DNA from: an uncultured Methanosarcinaceae archaeon
GTDB lineage: Archaea; Halobacteriota; Methanosarcinia; Methanosarcinales; Methanosarcinaceae
Assembly (NCBI GenBank): GCA_963727895.1
Contig: CAVSHT010000005.1
Coordinates: 96,001 to 160,000 of the forward strand
Reading direction: 5' to 3'
Length of the DNA: 64,000 nucleotides
Shown piece by piece: positions 1 through 11,103 of this stretch. The position numbers and the translations under genes are program-made. The notes beneath the pieces are model-generated. The model had not been told where the DNA came from. It ran no database searches and worked only from the letters and a program-made list of their open reading frames with translations. Every line of letters starts with the position of its first letter. Positions within the stretch are counted from its first letter, which is position 1.

Positions 1-547
1 TCCCTATAATTCTTGCATCTGTTTCAAGAGTTGAATTAAGTTCTTTTTTGTTATGGACTTCTACTAGAGGCTCAAATCCTTTTTTAAGAGCAAGATCAAC
101 AAAAACTCCAAGTTCATCTGCAAGAATGCCTGCAATAAGGAGTATAAGATCACTTTCGGTTTCTTCAAGCTGCATTTTGTCAATTATGAAGTCTTTTCTT
201 AAGACAGGCAAGCATACTTTATTTCGAACTGCGTTTAAGTTTTCAAGCGAGCCTCGGAACACCCCGGGCTCTGTCAAGACCGAAATCGCAACGACTCCAG
301 CTTCTTCCATCTCCCATGCAAGCTCGGCAGCCGTTGCGGGCAGAATATCTCTGAAAGCCTTACTTGGCGACGCGGGCTTGACCTCTGCAATTACAGGCAC
401 CAGTCCTTCGGCTTTTGCAGCTGCCACTGCAGAGAAAAAGTCTCTTTTTTCAAACCCTACCCTAGACTCTTCCCGCGAGTTCTGCGGCCCTAAAGTCTGG
501 ATACGGGTTTTTGTTGTGTTGAGGATATGGATTATTGAAGCGTGCAT
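1..547 (-). CDS. trpC: Indole-3-glycerol-phosphate synthase, 5' part (runs off the window start)
   Basis: Manual minus-strand translation from ATG 547 gives MHASIIHIL...VIAEVKPASPS...AISVLTEPGVFRGSLENL...CLPVLRKDFIID, the diagnostic TrpC motifs. Absent from the ORF track because no stop lies inside the window. Confidence 0.93.
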   Translation of the reverse strand, partial: MHASIIHILNTTKTRIQTLGPQNSREESRVGFEKRDFFSAVAAAKAEGLVPVIAEVKPASPSKAFRDILPATAAELAWEMEEAGVVAISVLTEPGVFRGSLENLNAVRNKVCLPVLRKDFIIDKMQLEETESDLILLIAGILADELGVFVDLALKKGFEPLVEVHNKKELNSTLETDARIIG

Positions 548-570
548 AATTTATCACTAAGGCATATTTG

Positions 571-603
571 TGTACATCAACGTCTAATGATGCACATTGT
601 ATA
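571..603. promoter_or_regulatory. Putative TRP-box (TrpY-type operator) sites upstream of trpC
   Basis: TGTACA (571-576), TGCACA (591-596) and TGTATA (598-603) lie just upstream of the trpC start. TGTACA is the TrpY box known from Methanothermobacter. Confidence 0.4.
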
Positions 604-627
604 AATAGGTTTTGGATAAAGAGGCTT

Positions 628-723
628 TGCACTTAAAATCAATTTTGCACTTAAAGTTTGAAGGTTGCACCTAAAGTCTCATTTCTGCACCTAATGTACC
701 TCGAAAACCAGACTTTAGGTGCA
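628..723. repeat. Four direct TGCACYTAA repeats at 18-20 bp spacing plus one inverted copy
   Basis: TGCAC(C/T)TAA at 628, 646, 666 and 686. 666-679 TGCACCTAAAGTCT is a perfect inverted repeat of 710-723. Confidence 0.8.
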
Positions 724-1253
724 GACTGCTAAAAAAACAAATTTTTAGAATGTGATATTATCAAAATAGAACATTATTATATTGAATATATTTAGTAAGT
801 AATGAACAGTTTAGTTAATAATACAGTGTAATATATTTTAGTTTTGAGTATTGAAAGGGGTCAAATATGAGTAAATTAGATATGAAAATACTGAGGGACA
901 AATGAAAGATAAAATGAAGAAAATATAACATTTCGTGATGTCTAAAAATAAGTTAAAAAATAAAAAAGTTGTTAAATCATCTATGAGACTTAACAATTCC
1001 TCTACAGATTTGGATGAATGCCCCTGATGCAGAAAATAAAATTATGGCTTCTTGGGCATTTGCATTTAAATAGAATCCCTTTATAAGAATTCCCATTAAA
1101 CTAAGCTCGTTTAATATTAATATCATAATATGGTTTAATATCATATTTTCCCCAATTCGTCTTCAAATTGGTATTCGTTTTAAATTAGCACACTTAATAA
1201 AATATCTACTAATCAAAACTAAGGCATCATCAAAAAAGACACATAAAATCTTT

Positions 1254-1288
1254 GGCATTGTTACTTAACTATACCTAGTTATTTAGTT
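1254..1288 (-). mobile_element. Isolated IS1-family terminus remnant abutting IS1 copy 1
   Basis: GGCATTGTTACTTAACTATACCTAGTT is nearly identical to the end of IS1 copy 6 at 58298. Confidence 0.65.
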
Positions 1289-2028
1289 GGTATTGTTAAC
1301 TAAACATAGTTAACTCTTTATTTCTTTATTTCATCAATAGAATAACCGAGTACTTAGCATTTCAAGACTCTTCGTATAACACTTTGTCTTTCTTCTCAAC
1401 CTTGCTAGAAAATGCCTCAATATGCTGTTATATCCCTCAACTGTAAATGTTTCTGCTTTGGATTGAGTATGAATCTTTTCTGGAATAAACTCTGCATATG
1501 CCCTCCAGTGATCTGTCATTACTTCTCCAATCTCTTTTTTAGTCCATTTTTCCCAGAGTAGTTTTCCAGTTTCTGTTCCTCTGCTACCAAAAGAGCAGTT
1601 GATGAACTTTTTCCCAACTCTATCAACAGCAATCCAGATCCAGCAATATTTTTTTTTGTTACCGATGTAAGTGTGCATCTCATCCAGTTCAACAATAGAT
1701 ATCTCATTTTCGCTTTTTAAAGCCTCTAACTCCTTGCCAAATTTCTTTATCCATTTTTGGGCAGAAACATGACTCACCCCTAAAACTCTTCCTATTGAGC
1801 GAAAGCCCAATCCTTCAAGGTAAAGTTGTAAAGCCTGTTTTTTAACAGAGGCGGAAAAAGCAGTTGATTTTAGCTCTACTGTATAGTTATATCCACAATC
1901 AGAGCATTTGTACCGTTGACGCCCGCCAACTATACCATTCTTTTTGTGACTGGAACTATTGCATCTTGGGCAGTTCATGAAGAAATATATGTTATAAACA
2001 TATATATCTATTTTTGTTTACCAATACC
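1289..2028 (-). mobile_element. IS1-family element copy 1 (740 bp), no target duplication
   Basis: Imperfect terminal IRs GGTATTGTTAACTAAACATAG / GGTATTGGTAAACAAAAATAG. The flanks do not match each other. It truncates a TPR gene. Confidence 0.95.
1334..1978 (-). CDS. IS1 transposase, InsA-InsB fused in frame, last ~15 aa frameshifted
   Basis: Zn ribbon (CPRC...CSDC), HTH and the D-D-E motifs (LDEMH, MTDHW, TVEGYN) are in one ORF. The slippery run is A9 rather than the A8 of the other copies. Confidence 0.9.
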   Translation of the reverse strand: MNCPRCNSSSHKKNGIVGGRQRYKCSDCGYNYTVELKSTAFSASVKKQALQLYLEGLGFRSIGRVLGVSHVSAQKWIKKFGKELEALKSENEISIVELDEMHTYIGNKKKYCWIWIAVDRVGKKFINCSFGSRGTETGKLLWEKWTKKEIGEVMTDHWRAYAEFIPEKIHTQSKAETFTVEGYNSILRHFLARLRRKTKCYTKSLEMLSTRLFY

Positions 2029-2342
2029 CTTTTTAGATTACGGAGTACAAGACCTTTGGTATTCCACGCTTTGGTTAATTTTGAATCAATTTCAATAGAT
2101 TTATTTAATGTATTTAAGATTTCAATAGATTCATTTAATGTGCTTAAGGCATCATCACATCTTTTTAAACTCCAAAGAACAAGACCTTTGCCAATCAACG
2201 CAAGAGCTTTTTGTTCATTTTCTAAGGAGTTAGAGCATGTTTCGAGAGTGTCTAGGGCTGTGTCATAGTTATTTAAGGCTTCGTCGTATTTTCCAATACA
2301 ACGTAATTTATCACCTGTTTCGATCAGCTCTTTAACATCCAT
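2029..2342 (-). pseudogene. TPR-repeat protein N-terminal fragment truncated by IS1
   Basis: TPR-like motifs GKYDEALNNYDTAL and KAWNTKGLVL. The ORF runs into the IS end at 2028. Confidence 0.75.
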
Positions 2343-2550
2343 AAAGGTCACCTTTTATGTAAGAACTAACAAGTCATCGCAATTGGGTAGCTTTTATATA
2401 ATTAATTAAAATCACAGTCTAATATAAAAACATATTTAAATCAAATAATAAGTTTAAAAATAGAGATATTATTTTAGATGCTATCAAATCGACTACAGTG
2501 TTTGAATAAGTGAAAAAGCCTCATCACAGAAAAAGTAAAAGGTTAAAAAA

Positions 2551-3723
2551 ATGTTAATCCTCGACTACCCTTACGTCTCCGAACTTTTAAAACACACTGC
2601 TGCGGAATTACAGGTTCCTGTTTTAAAAAACGAAATGGCAGCCGGACTGAAGACTGAAAAAAGGCTGAATCTCCTTGAAGAAGCTGAATTTATCGAATTA
2701 ATAAAAGAAAAGGGTGAATTTTCTCTTTATTGCAATTCTGAAAATTCAATTGTCTGGATTTCGGAAAAACTTGATTTTACTGGGCTGCCTGAGAAAATCA
2801 GGCTTTTCAAGAATAAAGTTAAGTTTAGAGAGATGCTGGAAAGGCTCTACCCCGAATTATATTTCAAAAGTGTTGAATTTGAAAAGCTGGATGAAATTCA
2901 GGTTGAGGAAATCGAAAAACCGTTTATCATAAAGCCTGCTGTGGGATTTTTCAGCCTCGGAGTGCATAAGGTTTTCACCAACGAGAAATGGGATTCGGTT
3001 CTGAAGTCCATAAAGGCTGAGGTTGAAGAAATCAAAAAGCTTTATCCTGCTCAGGTTCTTGATGTGGAAAATTTCATTCTCGAGGGAAATATCGAAGGAG
3101 ACGAATTTGCAGTTGATGCTTATTTCAATCGCAAAGGAAAGCCGGTAGTCCTCAATATTTTCAAACACATCTTTTCTTCGGAAAACGATGTCAGTGACAG
3201 AGTATATTTTACTTCAAAAACGGTTATTGAAACCTACAGAGAAGCTATTGAGGATCTTTTAAAAGAAATAGGAAATTTGGCCGCACTCAGGAATTTTCCG
3301 CTTCATCTGGAACTTCGAATAGGGCAGGATAGACGAATACAGCCAATTGAACTGAACCCGATGCGCTTTGCCGGCTTGTGCGTTACTGATATTGCATATT
3401 TTGCATATGGGATTAACACTTACAGATACTTTTTGGAACAGCTTGAGCCGGACTGGAATAAAATTCTTGCAGATAAAGAGGGAAAGAACTTCTGCCTTGT
3501 TATGCTGAACAAACCGGAAGACCTCAATTTAAAGGACGTAAAAGCTTTTGATTACGAAAAACTGCTTTCTGACTTTGAAAAGCCCCTGAAACTCAGAAAA
3601 GCGGATTATAAAAAACAAGGTTACTTCGGATACATGTTTACAGAAACCAGAAACAGCAATTGGAAAGAGATTGAAAGGATTTTGGGATCGGATTTGAGGG
3701 AATATATTATTTTTAAAAAATAA
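2551..3723 (+). CDS. ATP-grasp domain protein
   Basis: NKVKFRE, PFIIKPAVGFFSLGV, ILEGNIEGDEFAVD and IELNPMRFAG motifs. Confidence 0.85.
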   Translation: MLILDYPYVSELLKHTAAELQVPVLKNEMAAGLKTEKRLNLLEEAEFIELIKEKGEFSLYCNSENSIVWISEKLDFTGLPEKIRLFKNKVKFREMLERLYPELYFKSVEFEKLDEIQVEEIEKPFIIKPAVGFFSLGVHKVFTNEKWDSVLKSIKAEVEEIKKLYPAQVLDVENFILEGNIEGDEFAVDAYFNRKGKPVVLNIFKHIFSSENDVSDRVYFTSKTVIETYREAIEDLLKEIGNLAALRNFPLHLELRIGQDRRIQPIELNPMRFAGLCVTDIAYFAYGINTYRYFLEQLEPDWNKILADKEGKNFCLVMLNKPEDLNLKDVKAFDYEKLLSDFEKPLKLRKADYKKQGYFGYMFTETRNSNWKEIERILGSDLREYIIFKK

Positions 3724-3838
3724 TACCTTCAATTACCCTCAATTTCTGTGCTCAAAAATAAAAATCTCTATGTTCAAAAATAAAAATTATTAAAAAAATA
3801 AACATAAACACATCTATGAATATTCATTGAATGAATAT

Positions 3839-4201
3839 TCATTCAATGATCCATGCCTCTGCCTCAGAAAGTTCTTCATTCCTGTAGTTTCTCACTGGAA
3901 AAGAAACAATAAACTTAAAGATTTCAACAGCAGCATTTATCCAGTCCACATCTGAGACAACTGCAATCTTTTCAAACGCTGTAAGTTTTTGTATGCCAAC
4001 CTTAGCGTCCTCAATCATTGCATTAAGGGTAAACCACTCAAGTTCCTCATCCATGTGATAAAGTATACGAACCTTCCCGTACTTTTGTATTTTTTCCTCA
4101 ACAGCAGGAATTAACACGTTTTTTTAATCATCTCCAGTTACCTCTCCACTTACATTGACTGCTACAACGTTTTCCGGCAAACCCTGCATAATCTCTATCA
4201 T
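3839..4201 (-). pseudogene. SpoIIAA-like (STAS/SEC14) protein with in-frame TAA
   Basis: Reads MIEIMQGLPENVVAVNVSGEVTGDD*KNVLIPAVEE...FEKIAVVSDVDW...AEAWI, with the stop near 4124. Confidence 0.85.
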
Positions 4202-4248
4202 TTAACTCCTCCTTTAATAATCCCCTTTTAACCTTTATTTGAATTTTT

Positions 4249-4988
4249 GGCATTGGTAAACAAAAATAGATATATATGCTTATAACATATATTTCTTCAT
4301 GAACTGCCCAAAATGTAATAGTTCCAGTCACAAAAAGAATGGTATAGTTGGCGGGCGTCAACGGTACAAATGCTCTGATTGTGGATATAACTATACAGTA
4401 GAGCTAAAATCAACTGCTTTTTCCGCCTCTGTTAAAAAACAGGCTTTACAACTTTACCTTGAAGGATTGGGCTTTCGCTCAATAGGAAGAGTTTTAGGGG
4501 TGAGTCATGTTTCTGCCCAAAAATGGATAAAGAAATTTGGTCAAGAGTGAGAGAACCTAAAAAGTGAAAGTGAGATATCTATTGTTGAAATGGATGAGAT
4601 GCACACTTACATCGGTAACAAAAAAAATATTGCTGGATCTGAATTGCTGTTGATAGAGTTGGGAAAAAGTTCATCAACTGCTCTTTTGGTAGCAGAGGAA
4701 CGGAAACTGGAAAACTACTCTGGGAAAAATTGAAGAAAAAAGAGATTGGAGAAGTGATGACCGATCACTGGAGAGCATATGCAGAGTTTCTTCCTGAAAC
4801 GATTCATACTCAATCAAAAGCAGAAACGTATACTGTTGAAGGATATAACAGCATATTGAAGCACTTTTTGGCAAGGTTGAGAAGAAAGACAAAGTGTTAT
4901 ACGAAGAGTCTTGAAATGCTAAAGTACTCGGTGATTCTATTGATGAAATAAAGAAATAAAGAGTTAACTATGTTTAGTTAACAATACC
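4249..4988 (+). mobile_element. IS1-family element copy 2 (740 bp), transposase inactivated by nonsense codons
   Basis: Terminal IRs present. Near-perfect 8-bp DR GAATTTTT/GAATTTTA. Stops at ~4548, ~4640 and ~4949. Confidence 0.95.
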
Positions 4989-5106
4989 GAATTTTAGTGA
5001 AATGGTTCTCTTTGAGAACCTGAATAATAAGGCAGCAAAAATTATTTGCTCAAGATGAGAAAATAAAGCAAACAAGTTGAAAGACAATTTTTCAAGAACT
5101 GAAAGG

Positions 5107-5224
5107 TTGAGTTATCTAATTTTTTGAGTTATCTAATTTTTTGAGTTATCTAATTTTTTGAGTTATCTAATTTTTTGAGTTATCTAATTTTTTGAGTTAT
5201 CTAATTTTTTGAGTTATCTGATTT
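5107..5224. repeat. 17-bp tandem repeat (GAGTTATCTAATTTTTT), ~7 copies
   Basis: Units start at 5109, 5126, 5143, 5160, 5177, 5194 and 5211. There are no spacers. Confidence 0.95.
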
Positions 5225-5284
5225 ACAGTTTTCAGAACTTCAGGTATGTTTCCAGAGAACCAATAAAGAATATAAGGAGAATTG

Positions 5285-6141
5285 GGTTCTGTTGCAAAAA
5301 ATCATAATAAGGATTCAATTGAATAAGGAGAAAATCAATAGAACGATAATATGCTATCTAATTCCTTTAAGTGGAAACATTACGAAGGAGAAATCATTTT
5401 ATTAAACGTCAGATGGTACCTAAAATATCCAGTAAGTTATAGAAATTTAGAGGAAATGATGGCAGAGAGGGGAGTAGAAGTTGATCACAGTACTATCATG
5501 AGATGGGTACATCAATACTCTCCTGAAATCGAAAAGAAGGTAAGAAGGCATTTAAGACCAACAAACGACTCTTGGAGAGTTGATGAAACTTACATCAGAG
5601 TTAAAGGTAAATGGAAATATTTTTACCGAGCAGTTGACTCAAATGGAGATACAATTGATTTCATGTTAAGTGCAAAACGAGATCAAAAAGCAGCAAAACG
5701 TTTCTTTAAGAAAGCTTTGAATTCTAATCATAATCAAATTCCAAGAGTAATCACAGTTGATAAAAATCCAGCTTATCCACCTGCTATAGATAAACTGAAA
5801 AATGATAAAATACTACCTATAAACGTAGGCATTCGACAAATCAAGTATTTGAATAACATTATAGAACAAGATCATAGATCCATTAAACGAATAGTTAATC
5901 CAATGTTAGGATTTCAGTCTTTTAACACAGCTATTAAGACTTTAAAAGGAATTGAAGCTATGAATATGATTAAAAAAGGACAAATCAAAAACCTAAATTA
6001 CTCTGGCTTTAATGAAGCTAAATATATTAATCAATTATTTGGAATAGTTCTATAATATTGACACATCTTTTTGAATATTTGTACTTTTGGTTATTGATTA
6101 TGGATTTACATGCTTATTCTGAGATTTTTTGCAACGGAACC
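5285..6141 (+). mobile_element. IS6-family element (857 bp)
   Basis: IRs GGTTCTGTTGCAAAAAATC / GATTTTTTGCAACGGAACC (18/19 match). No flanking DR. Confidence 0.93.
5351..6055 (+). CDS. IS6-family DDE transposase, intact
   Basis: FKWKHY, SWRVDETY, YRAVDS.G.TIDFMLS, ITVDKNPAY and NNIIEQDHR motifs. Confidence 0.95.
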   Translation: MLSNSFKWKHYEGEIILLNVRWYLKYPVSYRNLEEMMAERGVEVDHSTIMRWVHQYSPEIEKKVRRHLRPTNDSWRVDETYIRVKGKWKYFYRAVDSNGDTIDFMLSAKRDQKAAKRFFKKALNSNHNQIPRVITVDKNPAYPPAIDKLKNDKILPINVGIRQIKYLNNIIEQDHRSIKRIVNPMLGFQSFNTAIKTLKGIEAMNMIKKGQIKNLNYSGFNEAKYINQLFGIVL

Positions 6142-7862
6142 GATGCTTCCTACTACAAGTGGGGAAATAACAGTCAAATAACTGCAGAAAAGATATATGA
6201 AATGCCTGGACTAGGCGAAAAGCTCTACATAAAAAAAAGGCTGCAAGAACTGAATGAAATCATCATCTATGAGCTGCATGTAGGAGGGTTCACCAGATCT
6301 CCAACTTCTGGCGTTCAGGCTCCAGGTACATTTTCAGGAATTATTGAAAAAATTCCATATCTAAAAGACCTTGGGATCACTGCAGTAGAGTTAATGCCTG
6401 TTTTTGACTTTGATGACACAACAAGCGTTGATGGAATAAAGCAATACTGGGGTTATGACCCAATATGTTTTTTTGCACCTCATAGCGGCTATTGTGTGAA
6501 ACCTGAGTATGGAGAGCACATTAAAGAATTTAGGGACATGGTCAAAGCTCTGCATAAAGCTAAAATTGAAGTAATCCTTGATGTGGTTTTCAACCATAAT
6601 GCTGAAGGAAATGATCTGGGACCGGTATTTTCTTTTAAAGGCATAGATAACAGCATTTATTATCATCTCGAACCTGATAAGCAACATTACAGCAATTATT
6701 CAGGATGTGGAAACACTGTTAACTGCAACCATCCTATTTCCCAGAAGCTAATTGTTGATTGCTTGAAGTACTGGGTAGAAGAAATGCATGTTGATGGTTT
6801 CCGTTTTGATGAGGGATCTATCCTTTCGCTGGATACTGATGGGAAGGTTATGAAGTATCCTCCTGTGATATAGCAAATTGAACTTGACGATGCTCTCGGA
6901 TACATAAAAGTTATTGCTGAAGCATGGGACGCCGCTGCACTCAACCAGGTAGGATATTTTCCAGGTCCCAGATGGGCTGAATGGAACGGTTACTATCGAG
7001 ATGAGATCCGCCGTTTTGTAAGAGGAGATCCGAGACTTGTATGGAGGGTTGCAAGCCGGATTGCCGGAAGCCCTGATCTTTACCAGTCCAAATCAAGGCT
7101 TCCTATCAATAGTGTCAATTTCGTGACCTGCCATGATGGATTTACACTTAATGACCTTGTTTCTTACAACCTTAAACACAACGAAGCTAATGAGGAAAAT
7201 AACAGGGATGGAATTAATGATAATTTGAGCTGGAACTGCGGAGTTGAAGGAGAAACTGAAGACTCAGAGATAGAGATATTGAGGGAAAGGCAGATCAAAA
7301 ATTTCGCTGCAATTCTGTTATTGTCTATAGGGGTTCCGATGATTTGCATGGGAGACGAAGTCAGACGTATTCAGAAAGGCAACAACAATGCGTATTGTCA
7401 AGGACAATGAAACCAGCTGGTTTGACTGGAATTTAGTAGAGAAAAATAGTGATATGTTACGCTTCTGGAAATTGATGATTGATTTTCGGAAACGCCATAC
7501 TACCATTCTTCGCCCCAGATATTTTACAGGCAAGGAAAACGAACGTGGAATAAAAGATATTTCCTGGCATGGGTGTAAGCTTTACAGTCCAGGATGGGAT
7601 GATCCGTATGCAAGAGCCCTTTCTTTTACTATGGGAGAACCTAGAGATGAAGAAGATATACATGTTATGATGAATATGTACTGGGAACCTCTTGAGTTCG
7701 AGATTCCAGAACTTAAAGATACGGGTAGAAGCTGGTTATAGAGCAGTAGACACTTTTTTGCCTTCTCCTCAGGAAATTGTCAGAGCCGGAGAAGAAACTA
7801 AGGTTAATGAAAGCAGATACATTGTTCAGGGCAGGAGTGTAGTTGTATTGATATCAAGGTGA
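6142..7862 (+). pseudogene. glgX: Glycogen debranching enzyme / isoamylase (GH13), 5'-deleted and fragmented
   Basis: IYELHVGGFT, YWGYDP, DVVFNH, VDGFRFD, IAEAWD, TCHDGFTLNDLVSYN and GNNNAYCQ motifs. TAG at 6871 and frameshifts at ~7400 and ~7740. The N-terminus is replaced by IS6. Confidence 0.92.
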
Positions 7863-7873
7863 GTATCAAACAA

Positions 7874-9573
7874 TTAACGTGATTTACTATCTGTTAATTT
7901 TTTATATGCTTCAATAACATCCTGAACTGACTCAAAAATATGATCTTTACCAATCATATTAATTATACCATCTCTATCCAGCTCGTTCATCACAGGCTCT
8001 ACTACTTCGCTTAATACAAGCGTAATTCCCTTTTCTTGCAGCTGGGTATATACATTTTTTAGAGCTTCTGAAGAAGTAAAATCGATGTCTCCTATATTTG
8101 TGGCAGAAATGCAAAACCATTTAAGTGAAACATTTTTTCTGGCAAGTTCCATAATATCTTCAGTGAAACGATCTTCATTAGCAAAATAAAGGTTTGAGCC
8201 AAAACGATAGATTAACAAACCTTCAACAGCTTGCTTCCCACTTTTAAGTGGGACTGTTTTCACGGCTCCTCCTCCTTAGGAACAAGAAGCAAGTTAAGTG
8301 GTCTGTAACTATGGCGCAGATGAGCAATAATAGAAAGTGCAATGGCTATGAAAATTCCCTGTTCAACGCCTATAACTACAACCGTCATAGCTGTTATTAA
8401 AGCGACAGCAAATTCTACAGGTCTCTGTCTGTGAAGAGTGGTCATGCCTTCAATATCGATAAGATGCAAACCAATGAGGAATACCATAGAGGAAAGTACA
8501 GCTGTAGGTAAATAGGCAAATGGCTTTGTAAAGAAAAGCAGGACTATCACAACAGTGAATACCGTTGTGAGCTGAGTAAGCTGTGTCCTTCCTCCTGCAT
8601 TTTTTATCATTTCAGTTTTTGTTGGGCTGCCGTTTACAACAAAAGTCCCTGAAATCCCTGCTACTGCATTTGCAAGGCTTAGTCCGATGAGATCTTCGTT
8701 CTCATCAAAAGTATCGGAAAACTTCATCGCATAAGCTCGGGATGTTGCAGCACTCTGGGCAAGGATAATAATAAAACAGGATATAGAAATGTTAAAGATC
8801 TGAGGTATGTCTGAAAGCGGGATTTGAGGAAAGAAAAGGTGTGGAAGCCCTTCTGGGATTACGCCAAGGACGGAAATTCCATAAGAAGAAAAGTTTAATA
8901 GCCAGCTTGCAGCAATTGCACCAAAAATCGCTAATAGTGAACCTGGAAATTTCTCGCTGATCCTTTCACCAAGAACAATGACTCCGATTACAGATAATGA
9001 GACCAACAAAGTGGGAATATTTGTAAGAGATATGTTTTCTAATAAAGATATGATCTGAGCAGGTGTTCCATTGGACACTGAAGATATTCCAAGCATTCCG
9101 CTAAACTGTGATATAGAGATATAGATGCCAACACCTGTGAGAAATCCTATCAGAACCGTATGGGAAAGAAAGTCAGCTAAAAAACCAAGTTGAAGCAAAC
9201 CTCCAAGGAAAAGCAAGATTGCTACGAGTAGAGCAATCGCACTTGCATATGCAACATATTGAGAAGACGCTGGTATGGCTATTGCTGCCAGTCCGCTTGC
9301 TATAATTGCCGCAGTTGCTGAATCTGCACCAACTACAAGATGACGGGATGAACCAAAAATAGCAAAGGCTACCATTGGAAGCAGAATTGTGTATATTCCA
9401 GTAACGATAGGCATTCCTGCAATCTTTGTATACCCCATAACTTCTGGAATGGCAAATGCTGCGAATGTTATCCCTGCAGTAATTTCCAAGGGTATTTGTT
9501 TGGGGTTTATGGGTAATATTCCTTGAAAAAGGGAAAATTGAAAAGATTGTTTTAGATTTTGTGCAGGTTTCAT
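7874..9573 (-). pseudogene. SulP/SLC26 anion permease split from its STAS domain by a frameshift
   Basis: AIPEVMGY and FGSSRHLVVG motifs in the TM part. STAS motifs YRFGSNLYFAN and DIDFT follow in another frame from 8263. Confidence 0.8.
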
Positions 9574-9861
9574 TTGCTCTATTCTCCTAAATAATAAGAT
9601 AAATGCACTTGAGATACAAAATCAAATGTAATCGACTTTATTGTTTAAGGCTGTGTTGTTTAAACTACTATTTTGAACAGTTAAAGGTTTGATGATATTG
9701 TTTTCTCAGTTCACCAGTGTACTTAGTTCAACAGAGTAAGTCCTATTTATTTTTCACGATGCAACTTTTGAAAAACATTGGAGTTAATGAGAGTTGATGA
9801 TTCGGATTAAATGATTCGAGTCAAAGTTTATATTCGTTCAAAATGATAAAATTAAAAATTC

Positions 9862-10601
9862 GGTATTGTTAACTAAACATAGTTAACTCTTTATTTCTTT
9901 ATTTCATCAATAGAATCACCGAGTACTTTAGCATTTCAAGACTCTTCGTATAACACTTTGTCTTTCTTCTCAACCTTGCCAAAAAGTGCTTCAATATGCT
10001 GTTATATCCCTCAACTGTATACGTTTCTGCTTTTGATTGAGTATGAATCGTTTCAGGAAGAAACTCTGCATATGCTCTCCAGTGATCTGTCATCACTTCT
10101 CCAATCTCTTTTTTCTTCAATTTTTCCCAGAGTAGTTTTCCAGTTTCCGTTCCTCTGCTACCAAAAGAGCAGTTGATGAACTTTTTCCCAACTCTATCAA
10201 CAGCAATTCAGATCCAGCAATATTTTTTTTGTTACCGATGTAAGTGTGCATCTCATCCATTTCAACAATAGATATCTCACTTTCACTTTTTAGGTTCTCT
10301 CACTCTTGACCAAATTTCTTGATCCATTTTTGGGCAGAAACATGATTCACCCCTAAAACTCTTCCTATTGAGCGAAAGCCCAATCCTTCAAGGTAAAGTT
10401 GTAAAGCCTGTTTTTTAACAGAGGCGGAAAAAGCAGTTGATTTTAGCTCTACTGTATAGTTATAGCCACAATCAGAGCATTTATACCGTTGACGCCCGCC
10501 AACTATACCATTCTTTTTGTAATTAGAACTATTGCATTTTGGGCAGTTCATGAAGAAATATAGGTTCTCATAATAACTAACTATAGTTAATTATCAAAGC
10601 C
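9862..10601 (-). mobile_element. IS1-family element copy 3 (740 bp), inactive
   Basis: Has the same three nonsense codons as copy 2 but a different left end (GGCTTTGATAATTAACTATAG). No DR. Confidence 0.95.
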
Positions 10602-11103
10602 TACTAATCAAATAAGAAAGTTAAAAATCTTACTGAATAATATAAATTACTGAACTATAAAATATATTTTAGAGCTAAGATATACACCGCAATAATAGAA
10701 AATCGATTAAAATAAATACTAGAAAAAGGGAACTTTAAGTAGCACATCTATTGGTGTGTGCCTTAAAATTCCACACATGTATGTTGTGATGGGTTTTATA
10801 AATGCCCATCCAGCATAATCTATCTAAATGGATATACATTTCAATATTTTTGACTTTTACTGTAAAGTAGCTCTATAGCGATATTACTATTTTTAAGAAA
10901 GAGAGCGCAAGGACAAGTTTTCCTATGAAATATTTGAAAACAATGATCCTCTTAAGTCTGTTTCTTTAATTATCCTCTTCATAATATCTTCATAATATAT
11001 ACATTTCAAGCTATAATTTTGAGTTGACTTTATCTATTATAACAAAATCTATAGAAGACTTAAAGTGATAAAGACCCGAATTAAAGACCCGACTTGATCA
11101 AAA

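Noticed and set aside
48..560. 170-aa plus-strand ORF
   Set aside because: It is the antisense shadow of trpC. The same applies to most short ORFs opposite real genes in the track.
2551..3723. ATP-grasp RiPP (graspetide) cluster
   Set aside because: No precursor peptide or partner genes are visible. It is a stand-alone ligase.
5107..5224. CRISPR array
   Set aside because: The units are contiguous 17-mers with no unique spacers, and no cas genes are nearby.
6058..6141. ORF-track N-terminus of GlgX (MTHLFEY...)
   Set aside because: It is read from the IS6 right end, not from glgX sequence.
6871..6873. Pyrrolysine read-through of the TAG in glgX
   Set aside because: The gene also lacks its 5' end and has two frameshifts, so this is simple decay.
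9649..9737. Possible tiny MITE (GGCTGTGTTG...TTCAACAGAGT)
   Set aside because: The ends are too degenerate and there is no target duplication.
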